From: Patescibacteria group bacterium
GTDB taxonomy: Bacteria; Patescibacteriota; Minisyncoccia; Phycocordibacterales; JAKFXT01
DNA: 64,000 nucleotides
Reading direction: 5' to 3'
Assembly: GCA_038063555.1 (NCBI GenBank)
Contig: JBBTUX010000002.1
Location: 6,806 to 70,805, forward strand
Shown here: one piece after another, positions 1 through 8,357 of the stretch
Position numbering within the stretch: position 1 is the first letter of the stretch
How the letters are laid out: each line of letters opens with the position of its first letter
The notes under the pieces: generated by a model
The model's database searches: none
Told to the model about the DNA's origin: nothing
The model's input: only the letters and a program-made list of their open reading frames with translations
Position numbers and translations under genes: made by a program

Positions 1-470
1 AAGTAAAAAGTGTACTTTCAGATTTTTCTGGAACTTGGAGACGCTTTGAATACAAAGGAAAAATGAAAAGTGGAGCCATAATTTATGATGATTACGCGCA
101 TCACCCTGCAGAAATAGCCGCGACATTATCTGGCGCTCGCGAAGCATTTCCAGACAAAAAAATTACTATTATTTTTCAACCCCATTTATATTCTCGTACC
201 AAACTTTTATTAAATGATTTTGCTGAAAGTTTATCCAAAGCGGATTATGCAATTTTGGCTGACATATATGCGGCGCGAGAAAAACCAGATGAAACAATTT
301 CTTCAAAAATTTTAGCCGAAAAAATCAAGGGAAAAAATAAAAAAGTGAGATATTTTCCCGATTTTGGTGAAATAGAGAAATATCTTTCAGAAAATGCGGT
401 AGAAGGGGATTTGCTTATAACCATGGGCGCAGGCGATATTTACAAAGTTGGGGAGGAGCTACTTGGTTAA
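1..470 (+). CDS. murC: UDP-N-acetylmuramate--L-alanine ligase, C-terminal part (5' end outside window)
   Basis: Frame open from position 3 (..FSGTWRRFEYKG..); DDYAHHPAEI, FQPHLYSRT, DIYAARE and ITMGAGDI motifs. Confidence 0.9.
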   Translation, partial: VKSVLSDFSGTWRRFEYKGKMKSGAIIYDDYAHHPAEIAATLSGAREAFPDKKITIIFQPHLYSRTKLLLNDFAESLSKADYAILADIYAAREKPDETISSKILAEKIKGKNKKVRYFPDFGEIEKYLSENAVEGDLLITMGAGDIYKVGEELLG

Positions 471-503
471 TTTGCATTTGTTGCAAGTACAACTTGTCCC
501 GTA

Positions 504-543
504 TAATCTATACCACTATTCGCTAGAATAGTGGTATAGATTA
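504..543. repeat. Palindrome P1 (18-bp arms, 4-nt centre), family A
   Basis: TAATCTATACCACTATTC-gcta-GAATAGTGGTATAGATTA read directly. Confidence 0.95.
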
Positions 544-566
544 CGGAGTGTGGTAATATTGAGGTT

Positions 567-833
567 ATGAATTCCAGAAAGACCGAGGTGATTACAAAAG
601 GCTTGGCTAGCCACAGACGGTTGTATATAGTTGAAATGTTATTTAAAAAACCAGAAATGTCTGTTGAAGAAATTGCCAAAGTGGCCAAGATAAGTCACAA
701 AAATGCTTCTGGCCATATTAACAAACTGACTTCTTCTGGTTTGATAATGAAACGGCATGATGGTAATTTTGTTCGTCATAAACTGACAAAACGTGGCGAA
801 ACCATTCTCAAATTCTTGAGAATATTGGAATAG
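567..833 (+). CDS. ArsR-like winged helix-turn-helix protein (paralog of 60192..60461)
   Basis: 88 aa; HRR..I...L, SVEEIA, AS.HI..L...GLI pattern; about 48/88 identical to 60192..60461 by eye. Confidence 0.8.
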   Translation: MNSRKTEVITKGLASHRRLYIVEMLFKKPEMSVEEIAKVAKISHKNASGHINKLTSSGLIMKRHDGNFVRHKLTKRGETILKFLRILE

Positions 834-851
834 TGTAAAAAATAGAAGCGT

Positions 852-891
852 ACATCTATACTACTATTCGCGCGAATAGTAGTATAGATGT
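852..891. repeat. Palindrome P2 (perfect 40 bp), family A
   Basis: ACATCTATACTACTATTCGC|GCGAATAGTAGTATAGATGT. Confidence 0.95.
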
Positions 892-973
892 TACAGAAAA
901 ATGGTAAGAAAAAAGTAAGAATAAGAAAAAAAAGCTGATGGCAGACCACTGTCTTTTTTGCTAAAGTAAGGTC

Positions 974-2989
974 ATGGAAAAGTTTGAAGGTGATTTTCTT
1001 AAGGATAAATACTGGGGCAATAAAGAATTCCGGGAAGCCGCGGGGGTTTCGGCTCGCCGCACGAAAAAGCGTGAAAGCGAGAATGTGCCCAATACGCCAC
1101 CTGAGCGCATTGAGAACTACCTCGATCGATTTACCGAGATAACCGATCGGGAAGACCCTGAAAAACGCGAGCGCGGCATTTCTGCCATTGAGCGACTCGT
1201 GGAGAAGAAATACATCATCAAGGCAGAAAATATAACCGATGAATATATAAAAAATGTATTGCTCGGCAATGAAGCCGAACTTCTCGGATACGAGCGGGAA
1301 GATGTAAAAGACGAGCAGATACGAAAAACCGTGCTTGATTCGCTGGAGAATAAAATTCATTCGCCTCTCTCTACATATAGAGTGCCGATTGAACTTCGAG
1401 AATCATTGGAGAATATGATTATTACCGACCAGAAAGGGAGGATGAAGCAGTGGCTCGATTACCTTACAGGAGAAGAAGCGCGTCATGCTCCGGTTGCACT
1501 TCGTTATTGGGCATTCGCCGAAATGCTTAAACAGGGAGATTACGATCCTGTTAGCGGAGAATACAACAAACGCACTAACGCAACAGTTGCAATTTTCCCC
1601 GAACTCGACCAACAAGCCCTTGCCCTTGTTTTTGATGAAGTGGAACGACGAAGAACCGGCAAAACATCTGCACTTTCTACGGGCGATGATGCGCGACAGG
1701 CCGAATTGCGAGATCTGCTTCAACATGAGAATTTTGGTAAGCTCTATGCGTTCATGCAGGAGCATGTTCGTTCGCTAAAATTACCGACCGAGCGTCTTGT
1801 CATCACCGAGGGAGGATGGAAACTCTTTTCAAAAGATTCTTCACCATCTGATTTAACCGCTCCGCTCCAAGGGTATCAGACTAAATGGTGCATTGCGGGA
1901 GAAGGCCACGCTACCAGCTATCTGGAAACTGGTGATGTCTGGATTTATTTTTCAAAAGATGTGGACGGACAAAATACTATCCCTCGCGCGTGCGTTATAG
2001 ATAACAAAGAACACGGTATTACCGAAGTCCGAGGCATCATTTTCAATGAAGAAGTTAAACAACATCTTGACGACTACATCACGCCGGTAGTTGACGCAAA
2101 ACTCAAAGATATGGAGGGTGGTGAAAAATGGGCGGACAAAATGGATGATATGAAGAAGTTGCGTGAACTGCACTTCAAATATTTGCAAAAGGAACCATTG
2201 AATAAAAACGATTTAACTTTCTTGTATGAGATTGACCGACCAATACAGGAATCCGGATATGGTAAAGACCCGAGAATAGAAGAGCTGAAAAAAGGCAGAA
2301 ACAGACAAGAGGACATCAAAACAATGTGTGATTGTAAGGAAGAGTTTATTGCCACAGATTTTATTGATATAAAAGAAATCACACAAGTGTTTTGTGAAGA
2401 TACAGGAGATAAAATAACTTTCTTTGATTTTCGGGAAGGACAAAACAAAGAGAAACTTCTGCCGCTTATGGAATTGGCGAAAAGAATAAAAGAAACTGGA
2501 AGGGGAGCACGACCAGACATGTCATTTGAGGGAGGAATAGTAAATATAAATGTGCCAAAAGAAAAACTAAAGGACTTGCCGACGGCCATTAAGTCATTCG
2601 AAGAGGCAGACAATAATTCACCCTCGTCTATTTGGGAAGAATTAAAAAAAATGCCATTTGCTACATTGGAGCAATCTTCTTTGGAACTTATTGTTCTTTC
2701 TTACAATAAAGACGTAGAAACAAGAAAATCATCAGAAAAAATAGTAGAAGATATGGATAAGCTAGGACTTAGACCAGCTACCTTTGGGGAATTAATTACT
2801 CTTGGCATAATTAAGCCCGTTTTTAACAAGAAAAACGAATATATTGTTGCTCTCGGCACAAAAGCTACTCTGGACGGCGGTGTTCGTGTCTCGGTCTTGG
2901 TCTGGTACGGTGATAAGCGTCTTCTGGATGGCGACGGGTGGACGATCGAGTGGGGCGAGCTTAGCCGTTTCCTTTGTCTCCGCAAATAG
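974..2989 (+). CDS. DGR target protein (671 aa) with C-terminal variable region
   Basis: Last ~40 codons align ungapped to a downstream repeat (TR) beside a DGR-type RT; C-terminal W...W...RFLCLRK* typical of CLec-like DGR targets. Confidence 0.8.
   Translation: MEKFEGDFLKDKYWGNKEFREAAGVSARRTKKRESENVPNTPPERIENYLDRFTEITDREDPEKRERGISAIERLVEKKYIIKAENITDEYIKNVLLGNEAELLGYEREDVKDEQIRKTVLDSLENKIHSPLSTYRVPIELRESLENMIITDQKGRMKQWLDYLTGEEARHAPVALRYWAFAEMLKQGDYDPVSGEYNKRTNATVAIFPELDQQALALVFDEVERRRTGKTSALSTGDDARQAELRDLLQHENFGKLYAFMQEHVRSLKLPTERLVITEGGWKLFSKDSSPSDLTAPLQGYQTKWCIAGEGHATSYLETGDVWIYFSKDVDGQNTIPRACVIDNKEHGITEVRGIIFNEEVKQHLDDYITPVVDAKLKDMEGGEKWADKMDDMKKLRELHFKYLQKEPLNKNDLTFLYEIDRPIQESGYGKDPRIEELKKGRNRQEDIKTMCDCKEEFIATDFIDIKEITQVFCEDTGDKITFFDFREGQNKEKLLPLMELAKRIKETGRGARPDMSFEGGIVNINVPKEKLKDLPTAIKSFEEADNNSPSSIWEELKKMPFATLEQSSLELIVLSYNKDVETRKSSEKIVEDMDKLGLRPATFGELITLGIIKPVFNKKNEYIVALGTKATLDGGVRVSVLVWYGDKRLLDGDGWTIEWGELSRFLCLRK
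2867..2985 (+). repeat. DGR variable repeat (VR)
   Basis: 119-nt ungapped match to 3287-3405 (77/119 identical by eye); ends one codon before the stop. Confidence 0.85.
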
Positions 2990-3286
2990 ATTTTTGAATT
3001 TTTGTCACTTTGCTTATGATTTAGATATTTTGATTTTGTTCTTTTCTTTTTTTAAATTAAAATAATAATGAGAGTAGATAATGAGTGCGCGGATAAATTC
3101 TTCGCAACATCGAAATCAGTAGAACACAGATCGGAATTTTTGCGTGATAAGTGCGTGAAAAGTGTGTCTGTGTTTTCTTTAAAAAAAGAAATCTACTTGG
3201 CGCATATACGTCTGGCATTATGATGCCGACTTAAATACAATGTATGGTTGCGACTATATGTGGTGGATTGCATGTGTATATGCGAA

Positions 3287-3405
3287 ACTCTGGACGGCGA
3301 TATTCATGTCCCGAACTTGGATTGGAATGACGGTGAGCGTAGTTTGAACAGGAACATCTGGGACAATGAGTGGGATGATAGGAATCGATTTGTTTGCCTC
3401 CGCAA
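3287..3405 (+). repeat. DGR template repeat (TR), diverged
   Basis: 19 of 31 TR adenines differ in VR versus 23 of 88 non-A positions; AAC/AAT/GAT-rich; lies between target and RT; followed by hairpin CTCCGCCA..TGGTGGAG (3418-3444). Confidence 0.8.
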
Positions 3406-3469
3406 TTTAATTTCTTTCTCCGCCAGATATTTATTTTGGTGGAGTTTTCTTTTGACTCTCTAATTCCAA

Positions 3470-4183
3470 TTGTTTAATCAATTGGTTATGCCAGTAATTA
3501 GCAAAGCAAGTGTTAGAGACAGAGTTGTTCATAGGTTGGTTTATAACGCTCTTTATTATTACTTTGACTATAAATTTATTTATGATTCTTATAGTTGTCG
3601 AATTGGAAAAGGTACACACAAGGCACAGGCGAGATTCAGAAGTTTTGTTAATAAGGTTAGCAAAAATTATACGGCCTCCTGTTTTGTTTTAAAATTTGAT
3701 ATCAAAAAATGTTTTGAGAGTATTGATAAAAATATACTCAAAAATATACTTTCTTTTCATATTGAGGATAAAGGACTAAAAAGAATTATATTTTCTATAA
3801 TTGATAGTTTTGGAACGGGAATTCCTCTCGGGAATTTGACATCACAATTATTCTTGAATATTTATCTCCACGAGCTTGATTGGTATGTAAAACAATTTTG
3901 GGGGTGTAAATATTACCTGCGATATGCTGACGATATAATCATTATCTCCACCAACAAAGAGAAATTAGAAGAACTATATGCAAATTTAGAAATTTTTCTT
4001 AAAAACAAATTGAACCTCACTACTCACAAGAAAATCATTATTAGTATTTACTCGGGAATTGATATTTTGGGGTTGGTGTTTTTCCCGCAGTATCAACGCT
4101 TGCGACGCAGTACCGAAAGAAGAATAGAAAAAAGAAATAGCAAAATATTTAAACATCATCTATACCACTATTCCATGGAATAG
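3470..4183 (+). CDS. DGR-class reverse transcriptase, N- and C-terminally truncated (first ATG 3488)
   Basis: DRVVH, FIYDSYSCRIGKGTH, LKFDIKKCF.SID, GIPLGNLTSQ, YLRYADD and GIDILG motifs; only ~235 aa. Confidence 0.9.
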   Translation: MFNQLVMPVISKASVRDRVVHRLVYNALYYYFDYKFIYDSYSCRIGKGTHKAQARFRSFVNKVSKNYTASCFVLKFDIKKCFESIDKNILKNILSFHIEDKGLKRIIFSIIDSFGTGIPLGNLTSQLFLNIYLHELDWYVKQFWGCKYYLRYADDIIIISTNKEKLEELYANLEIFLKNKLNLTTHKKIIISIYSGIDILGLVFFPQYQRLRRSTERRIEKRNSKIFKHHLYHYSME

Positions 4184-4199
4184 TGGTATAGATGATGTT
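4152..4199. repeat. Palindrome P3 (perfect 48 bp), family A; supplies the RT stop codon
   Basis: AACATCATCTATACCACTATTCCA|TGGAATAGTGGTATAGATGATGTT. Confidence 0.95.
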
Positions 4200-4281
4200 G
4201 ACGGTAACACTGGCAATGCAATATTGTAGCCTCTCTTAACAAAAGCTTAACAAAGGATATTTTTTTGTGTATGGTGTTTTC

Positions 4282-4971
4282 ATGGCTACGTTTTATATAG
4301 TGGCAACGCCGATTGGGAATCTTGAGGACATGACTTTCCGGGCGATTCGTATTTTGAAGGAGGTGGATATTATATTGTGCGAAGATACACGGGTAACACA
4401 AAAATTACTTAAACATTATGAAATTAACGATAAACAGCTTTCTACATATAACGCACAAAAAAGCTCGGTTAGTTTCAGTAAAATTAGCAATTGGATAAAA
4501 GAAGGGAAAAATTTGGCGTTAGTGACTGACGCGGGAACTCCAGGAATATCAGACCCGGGGAGTGAACTTGTGGAAAAATTAAAGAGTGAGTTTAGTAGTG
4601 AAGAGCTCAAAATTGAGCCAATACCGGGGGCTTCGGCGATTGTTGCGGCTATGTCCGCCGCAGGTATCCCTGCGGCGGAATGGACCTTTTTGGGATTTTT
4701 ACCGCACAAAAAGGGCAGGGAGACCTTGTTTAAGGAAATTGCTAAAGGAGAGAGAACTTTTGTTTTTTATGAATCCCCACACAGGATTATGAAAACTTTG
4801 GAAAAGTTGGCACAAGTAATACTTGATAATCGCAAAGTTGCGGTGTGTAAAGAATTGACCAAAATTCACGAAGAATTTGTAAGGGGGAGCGCAAAGGAAA
4901 TATTTGCTCACTTTAGAAAAAACCCCGACCGTGTCCGTGGGGAATTTGTGGTCATAGTTTCTAAATGTTAA
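4282..4971 (+). CDS. rsmI: 16S rRNA (cytidine1402-2'-O)-methyltransferase
   Basis: YIVATPIGNLEDMTFRA, CEDTR, DAGTPGISDPG, FYESPHR, ELTKIHEE. Confidence 0.95.
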   Translation: MATFYIVATPIGNLEDMTFRAIRILKEVDIILCEDTRVTQKLLKHYEINDKQLSTYNAQKSSVSFSKISNWIKEGKNLALVTDAGTPGISDPGSELVEKLKSEFSSEELKIEPIPGASAIVAAMSAAGIPAAEWTFLGFLPHKKGRETLFKEIAKGERTFVFYESPHRIMKTLEKLAQVILDNRKVAVCKELTKIHEEFVRGSAKEIFAHFRKNPDRVRGEFVVIVSKC

Positions 4972-4980
4972 AATACCTTT

Positions 4981-5253
4981 ATGCAGAAAAATTTTTTCAT
5001 AGTTTTGGGTATATTTGTAGCTTTGCTTCCATTTATCTCAATTCCCAATTCATATAAAACGCCTGTGTACATTATTCTTGGCGCAACCATGGCCATTGCA
5101 AGTTATAGAGAAAGATATTTAAAAAAGAAATTATTAATTCCTCATTTGAGGCGTTTCAAGAAGTTTGCGTCATCGACTCCTATTGCAAATGATATTTCAG
5201 TAAGGACTAATTCTCTTGATGAAAACGCCACCTCTAAAGGTACACAGCAATAA
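4981..5253 (+). CDS. small membrane protein (2 TM)
   Basis: Two hydrophobic segments then a basic tail; extended -10 six nt upstream of ATG. Confidence 0.65.
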   Translation: MQKNFFIVLGIFVALLPFISIPNSYKTPVYIILGATMAIASYRERYLKKKLLIPHLRRFKKFASSTPIANDISVRTNSLDENATSKGTQQ

Positions 5254-6469
5254 AGGTAGATTATTTGTCTACACTTTGGCCACGGGCGCTATTTTTGCGG
5301 GCGGCTTTTTTGGTTTGCAGTATTTCCCAGGATTTCTCCCGTCACTTACAACATATAAAAGCCAATTCATAGCGCAAGGTTCCGGTCTTTCTCCCAAAGC
5401 AGAAAAGGTAATGCATCTTAAAACACCAGAACCACTCAAAGCGATTTATATGAGTCAGTGTGTTGTGGGCACCAAAGATTTTAGACAAGATTTAGTGGAT
5501 CTTATTAAGAGAACAGAGTTAAACGCTGTTGTTATTGATATTAAAGATTATACGGGGAAGATTGCTTTTGAAACTGATAATCCAAAACTTAAAAACTCTG
5601 TATCGGGTGATTGCGGTGCAACCGATATGAAAAATTTTATTCTCTCGCTTCATGATGATGGCATATACGTGATTGGACGCGTTACTGTTTTCCAAGACCC
5701 ATATATGACGAAAACACGACCGGACTTAGCGGTTAAAAAGAAAAGTGATAATGATATTGTCTGGAAAGATTATAAAGGACTTTCTTTTGTTGATGTGGGA
5801 GCCCGTGAACACTGGGATTATATTATTGAAATAGCTAAAGAAGCATACGGTATTGGATATGACGAAATAAATTTTGACTATATAAGATTTCCTTCGGACG
5901 GTGACATGAAAGATATTGATTACACATATTCTCGTGGCAAAACAAAAGCAGAGGTCTTAAGAGAATTTTTTAGTTACTTGCACGATAATTTAAAAAGTCT
6001 AGGAGTAATAGTATCAGCCGACCTTTTTGGAATGACCACAACCAATACCGATGACTTAAATATAGGACAAATTTTGGAATACGGCCTTATGTATTTTGAT
6101 TATGTTTCCCCAATGGTTTATCCAAGTCATTACCCGCCAAATTTTAATAATTGGAAAAATCCAAATCTATATCCCGGAGAAGTCGTTTCATTTTCTATGG
6201 GTAAAGCAGTAGAAAGAGCGCTTGCCACTAGCACAACATTGAACCTTATAAATTCAATTCCTATAGCAAGTACTACTCCGCAACTTTATACCAAACCTGT
6301 TTGGGATAAATTAAAACTTCGTCCTTGGCTTCAAGATTTTCAATATGGTGGCACATATGGCCCCAAAGAGGTGCGAGCACAAATTGACGCTACTTATAGT
6401 GTGGGACTCACAAGTTGGATGCTTTGGGCGCCATCCAACAGATACACTGAATCAGCCCTTCTTAAATAG
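5216..6469 (+). CDS. membrane-anchored putative glycoside hydrolase (DUF4015-like)
   Basis: N-terminal TM; NAVVIDIKD, FDYIRFP, SPMVYPSHY, RPWLQDF. Confidence 0.75.
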   Translation: MMKTPPLKVHSNKGRLFVYTLATGAIFAGGFFGLQYFPGFLPSLTTYKSQFIAQGSGLSPKAEKVMHLKTPEPLKAIYMSQCVVGTKDFRQDLVDLIKRTELNAVVIDIKDYTGKIAFETDNPKLKNSVSGDCGATDMKNFILSLHDDGIYVIGRVTVFQDPYMTKTRPDLAVKKKSDNDIVWKDYKGLSFVDVGAREHWDYIIEIAKEAYGIGYDEINFDYIRFPSDGDMKDIDYTYSRGKTKAEVLREFFSYLHDNLKSLGVIVSADLFGMTTTNTDDLNIGQILEYGLMYFDYVSPMVYPSHYPPNFNNWKNPNLYPGEVVSFSMGKAVERALATSTTLNLINSIPIASTTPQLYTKPVWDKLKLRPWLQDFQYGGTYGPKEVRAQIDATYSVGLTSWMLWAPSNRYTESALLK

Positions 6470-6581
6470 CGAGAGGTCTATTTTTGGCTTATAATTGAAT
6501 AGATTATGGCACCTTTGGACCCCAAAAGAGTTTTACATTACAAATCAGAATATATTTTATTGTGAGGTCAATTTTAAACCC

Positions 6582-8357
6582 ATGAATTCAAACGAATTTT
6601 CTAAAAACTCTAACGGGGCAAGTGAAAATCGTATAACTTATTTTGCCCATACTGACGCTAGAAACAAGCAGGTTCCTTTTGGAATTAAAGCTAAAGACAG
6701 AACTCGTCATGTATATGTCATAGGCAAAACGGGAATGGGAAAATCCACCCTCCTTGAAAATATGGCGATTCAAGATATTCAAAACGGGGAGGGATTGGCT
6801 TTTATTGACCCTCATGGCAAAACGGCTGAATATTTGTTGGATTTTGTGCCAGAGCACAGAATAAAAGATGTTTTATACTTTGCTCCTTTTGATTTGGAAA
6901 ATCCAATTGCTTTTAACGTAATGGAAGATGTGGGCGCAGATAAAAGACATCTTGTTGTTGCCGGATTAATGAGTGCGTTTGAAAAGATTTGGATTGACGC
7001 CTGGAGCGCCCGTATGGCTTATATTTTGCAAAACACATTACACGCTCTTTTGGAATATCCGGGAGCAACGCTTCTTGGGGTAAACAAAATGTTGACTGAT
7101 AAGGAGTATAGAAAAAAAGTTGTTGATAATGTTAGTGACCCAACAGTTAAATCTTTTTGGACGGACGAATTTGCAAAATACACAGATAGATACACAGCCG
7201 ATGCAACGCCCGCCATTCAAAATAAGGTGGGGCAGTTTACCAGCAACCCTCTTATCAGAAATATTATAGGTCAACCTCATTCTTCTTTTGATATTAGAAA
7301 GATAATGGACGAAAAGAAGATTTTAATAATTAATCTTTCCAAAGGACTTGTCGGTGAAAATAACGCCAATCTTTTGGGTAGTATGCTTGTAACCAAGATA
7401 TATCTTGCGGCTATGTCTCGCGCTGATGTGAGTGAAAAATCAATGATTAAACTTCCAAATTTTTATCTTCATGTAGATGAATTTCAATCTTTTGCTAATA
7501 AAAGTTTTGCCGACATTCTTTCGGAAGCTCGTAAATACAAATTAAATTTGACCATTGCTCATCAATATATAGAACAAATGGAAGAAGAGGTGAGAGATGC
7601 TGTTTTTGGAAATGTCGGCACAACAATAGCTTTTCGAGTCGGGGCATTTGACGCTGAAGTTTTGGAAAAAGAATTTGCCCCCGTTTTTATGGCGGAGGAT
7701 TTAGTTAATTTGGGATTTGCTCAAGTGTATTTGAAGTTAATGATAGATGGAGTTGGTTCCCAACCATTTTCTGCTAAAACCATGGGGCCAATCACAAAAA
7801 CAACTTCTTCTTATAAGAGATTAATACTAGCATCTTCTAGAGAACAATTTAGTTTTCCGCGCTCTCAAGTTGAGAGTGTTATTTCTGAACAACTTATTTC
7901 CAAAGTGGAAACAAGAACCGAAAAAAAACCAAGAGAAGAAATGTTCTCTGGGGTTCAGTCCGAGTTACAAAAAAGAGATGAAAAACGTAAGGGGGTAGAA
8001 AATAGAGAAAAATCAACCAGTGTAAATAAACCAGAAGGACATTTAAGTGAACTTCGACAAACTTTGGCTGGAGTAATGGGAGCAGATTTGTCAAAATCAG
8101 AGAATAAATCTTCTCCTAAACTGGAAGTAAAATCACAACCGCAATCCCATAAACCAAAAGAAAATCCTAGGCGAGAAGTAAAAAATGAAGGAATGTCAGA
8201 TCATAAAAAAGCTCTAGCAGAAGTTTTGGCTAAACTTCAAGAGAAAGAAAAAAAATCTGTTTCAGAAGAAAAAGAAGCAGAGGAATCATTTAACAAGAAA
8301 GAAATTTCGGAAAAGGAATTACGAGATATGCTCCATGTTGATAATGAGGGAAATTAA
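6582..8357 (+). CDS. VirD4/TraD-like (HerA/DUF87) P-loop ATPase with charged low-complexity tail
   Basis: RHVYVIGKTGMGKST Walker A, IDPHG, VDEFQ Walker B, LSEARKY; start moved to ATG 6582. Confidence 0.8.
   Translation: MNSNEFSKNSNGASENRITYFAHTDARNKQVPFGIKAKDRTRHVYVIGKTGMGKSTLLENMAIQDIQNGEGLAFIDPHGKTAEYLLDFVPEHRIKDVLYFAPFDLENPIAFNVMEDVGADKRHLVVAGLMSAFEKIWIDAWSARMAYILQNTLHALLEYPGATLLGVNKMLTDKEYRKKVVDNVSDPTVKSFWTDEFAKYTDRYTADATPAIQNKVGQFTSNPLIRNIIGQPHSSFDIRKIMDEKKILIINLSKGLVGENNANLLGSMLVTKIYLAAMSRADVSEKSMIKLPNFYLHVDEFQSFANKSFADILSEARKYKLNLTIAHQYIEQMEEEVRDAVFGNVGTTIAFRVGAFDAEVLEKEFAPVFMAEDLVNLGFAQVYLKLMIDGVGSQPFSAKTMGPITKTTSSYKRLILASSREQFSFPRSQVESVISEQLISKVETRTEKKPREEMFSGVQSELQKRDEKRKGVENREKSTSVNKPEGHLSELRQTLAGVMGADLSKSENKSSPKLEVKSQPQSHKPKENPRREVKNEGMSDHKKALAEVLAKLQEKEKKSVSEEKEAEESFNKKEISEKELRDMLHVDNEGN

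Noticed and set aside
852-891. Perfect palindromes as assembly fold-back artefacts
   Set aside because: Five copies in two families with mirrored substitutions, at gene boundaries and with unique flanks, argue for real sequence; read checking is still advisable.
3248-3463. 71-aa ORF resembling the target's C-terminus
   Set aside because: It is the TR read in frame; TRs are often open because they mirror VR. Weak TTG start. Not called as a gene, though a small second target cannot be fully excluded.
504-4199. Palindromes as integron attC sites or CRISPR repeats
   Set aside because: No RYYYAAC/GTTRRRY ends or extrahelical bases; no integrase or cas gene in the window; spacing is hundreds to thousands of bp.
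4168-4401. Minus-strand ORF ending in the same HHLYHYSME as the RT
   Set aside because: A by-product of the perfect palindrome P3; it is antisense to rsmI.
6582-8357. Conjugative element based on the VirD4-like ATPase
   Set aside because: No relaxase, VirB genes or integrase nearby; stand-alone ATPases of this kind are common in CPR chromosomes.
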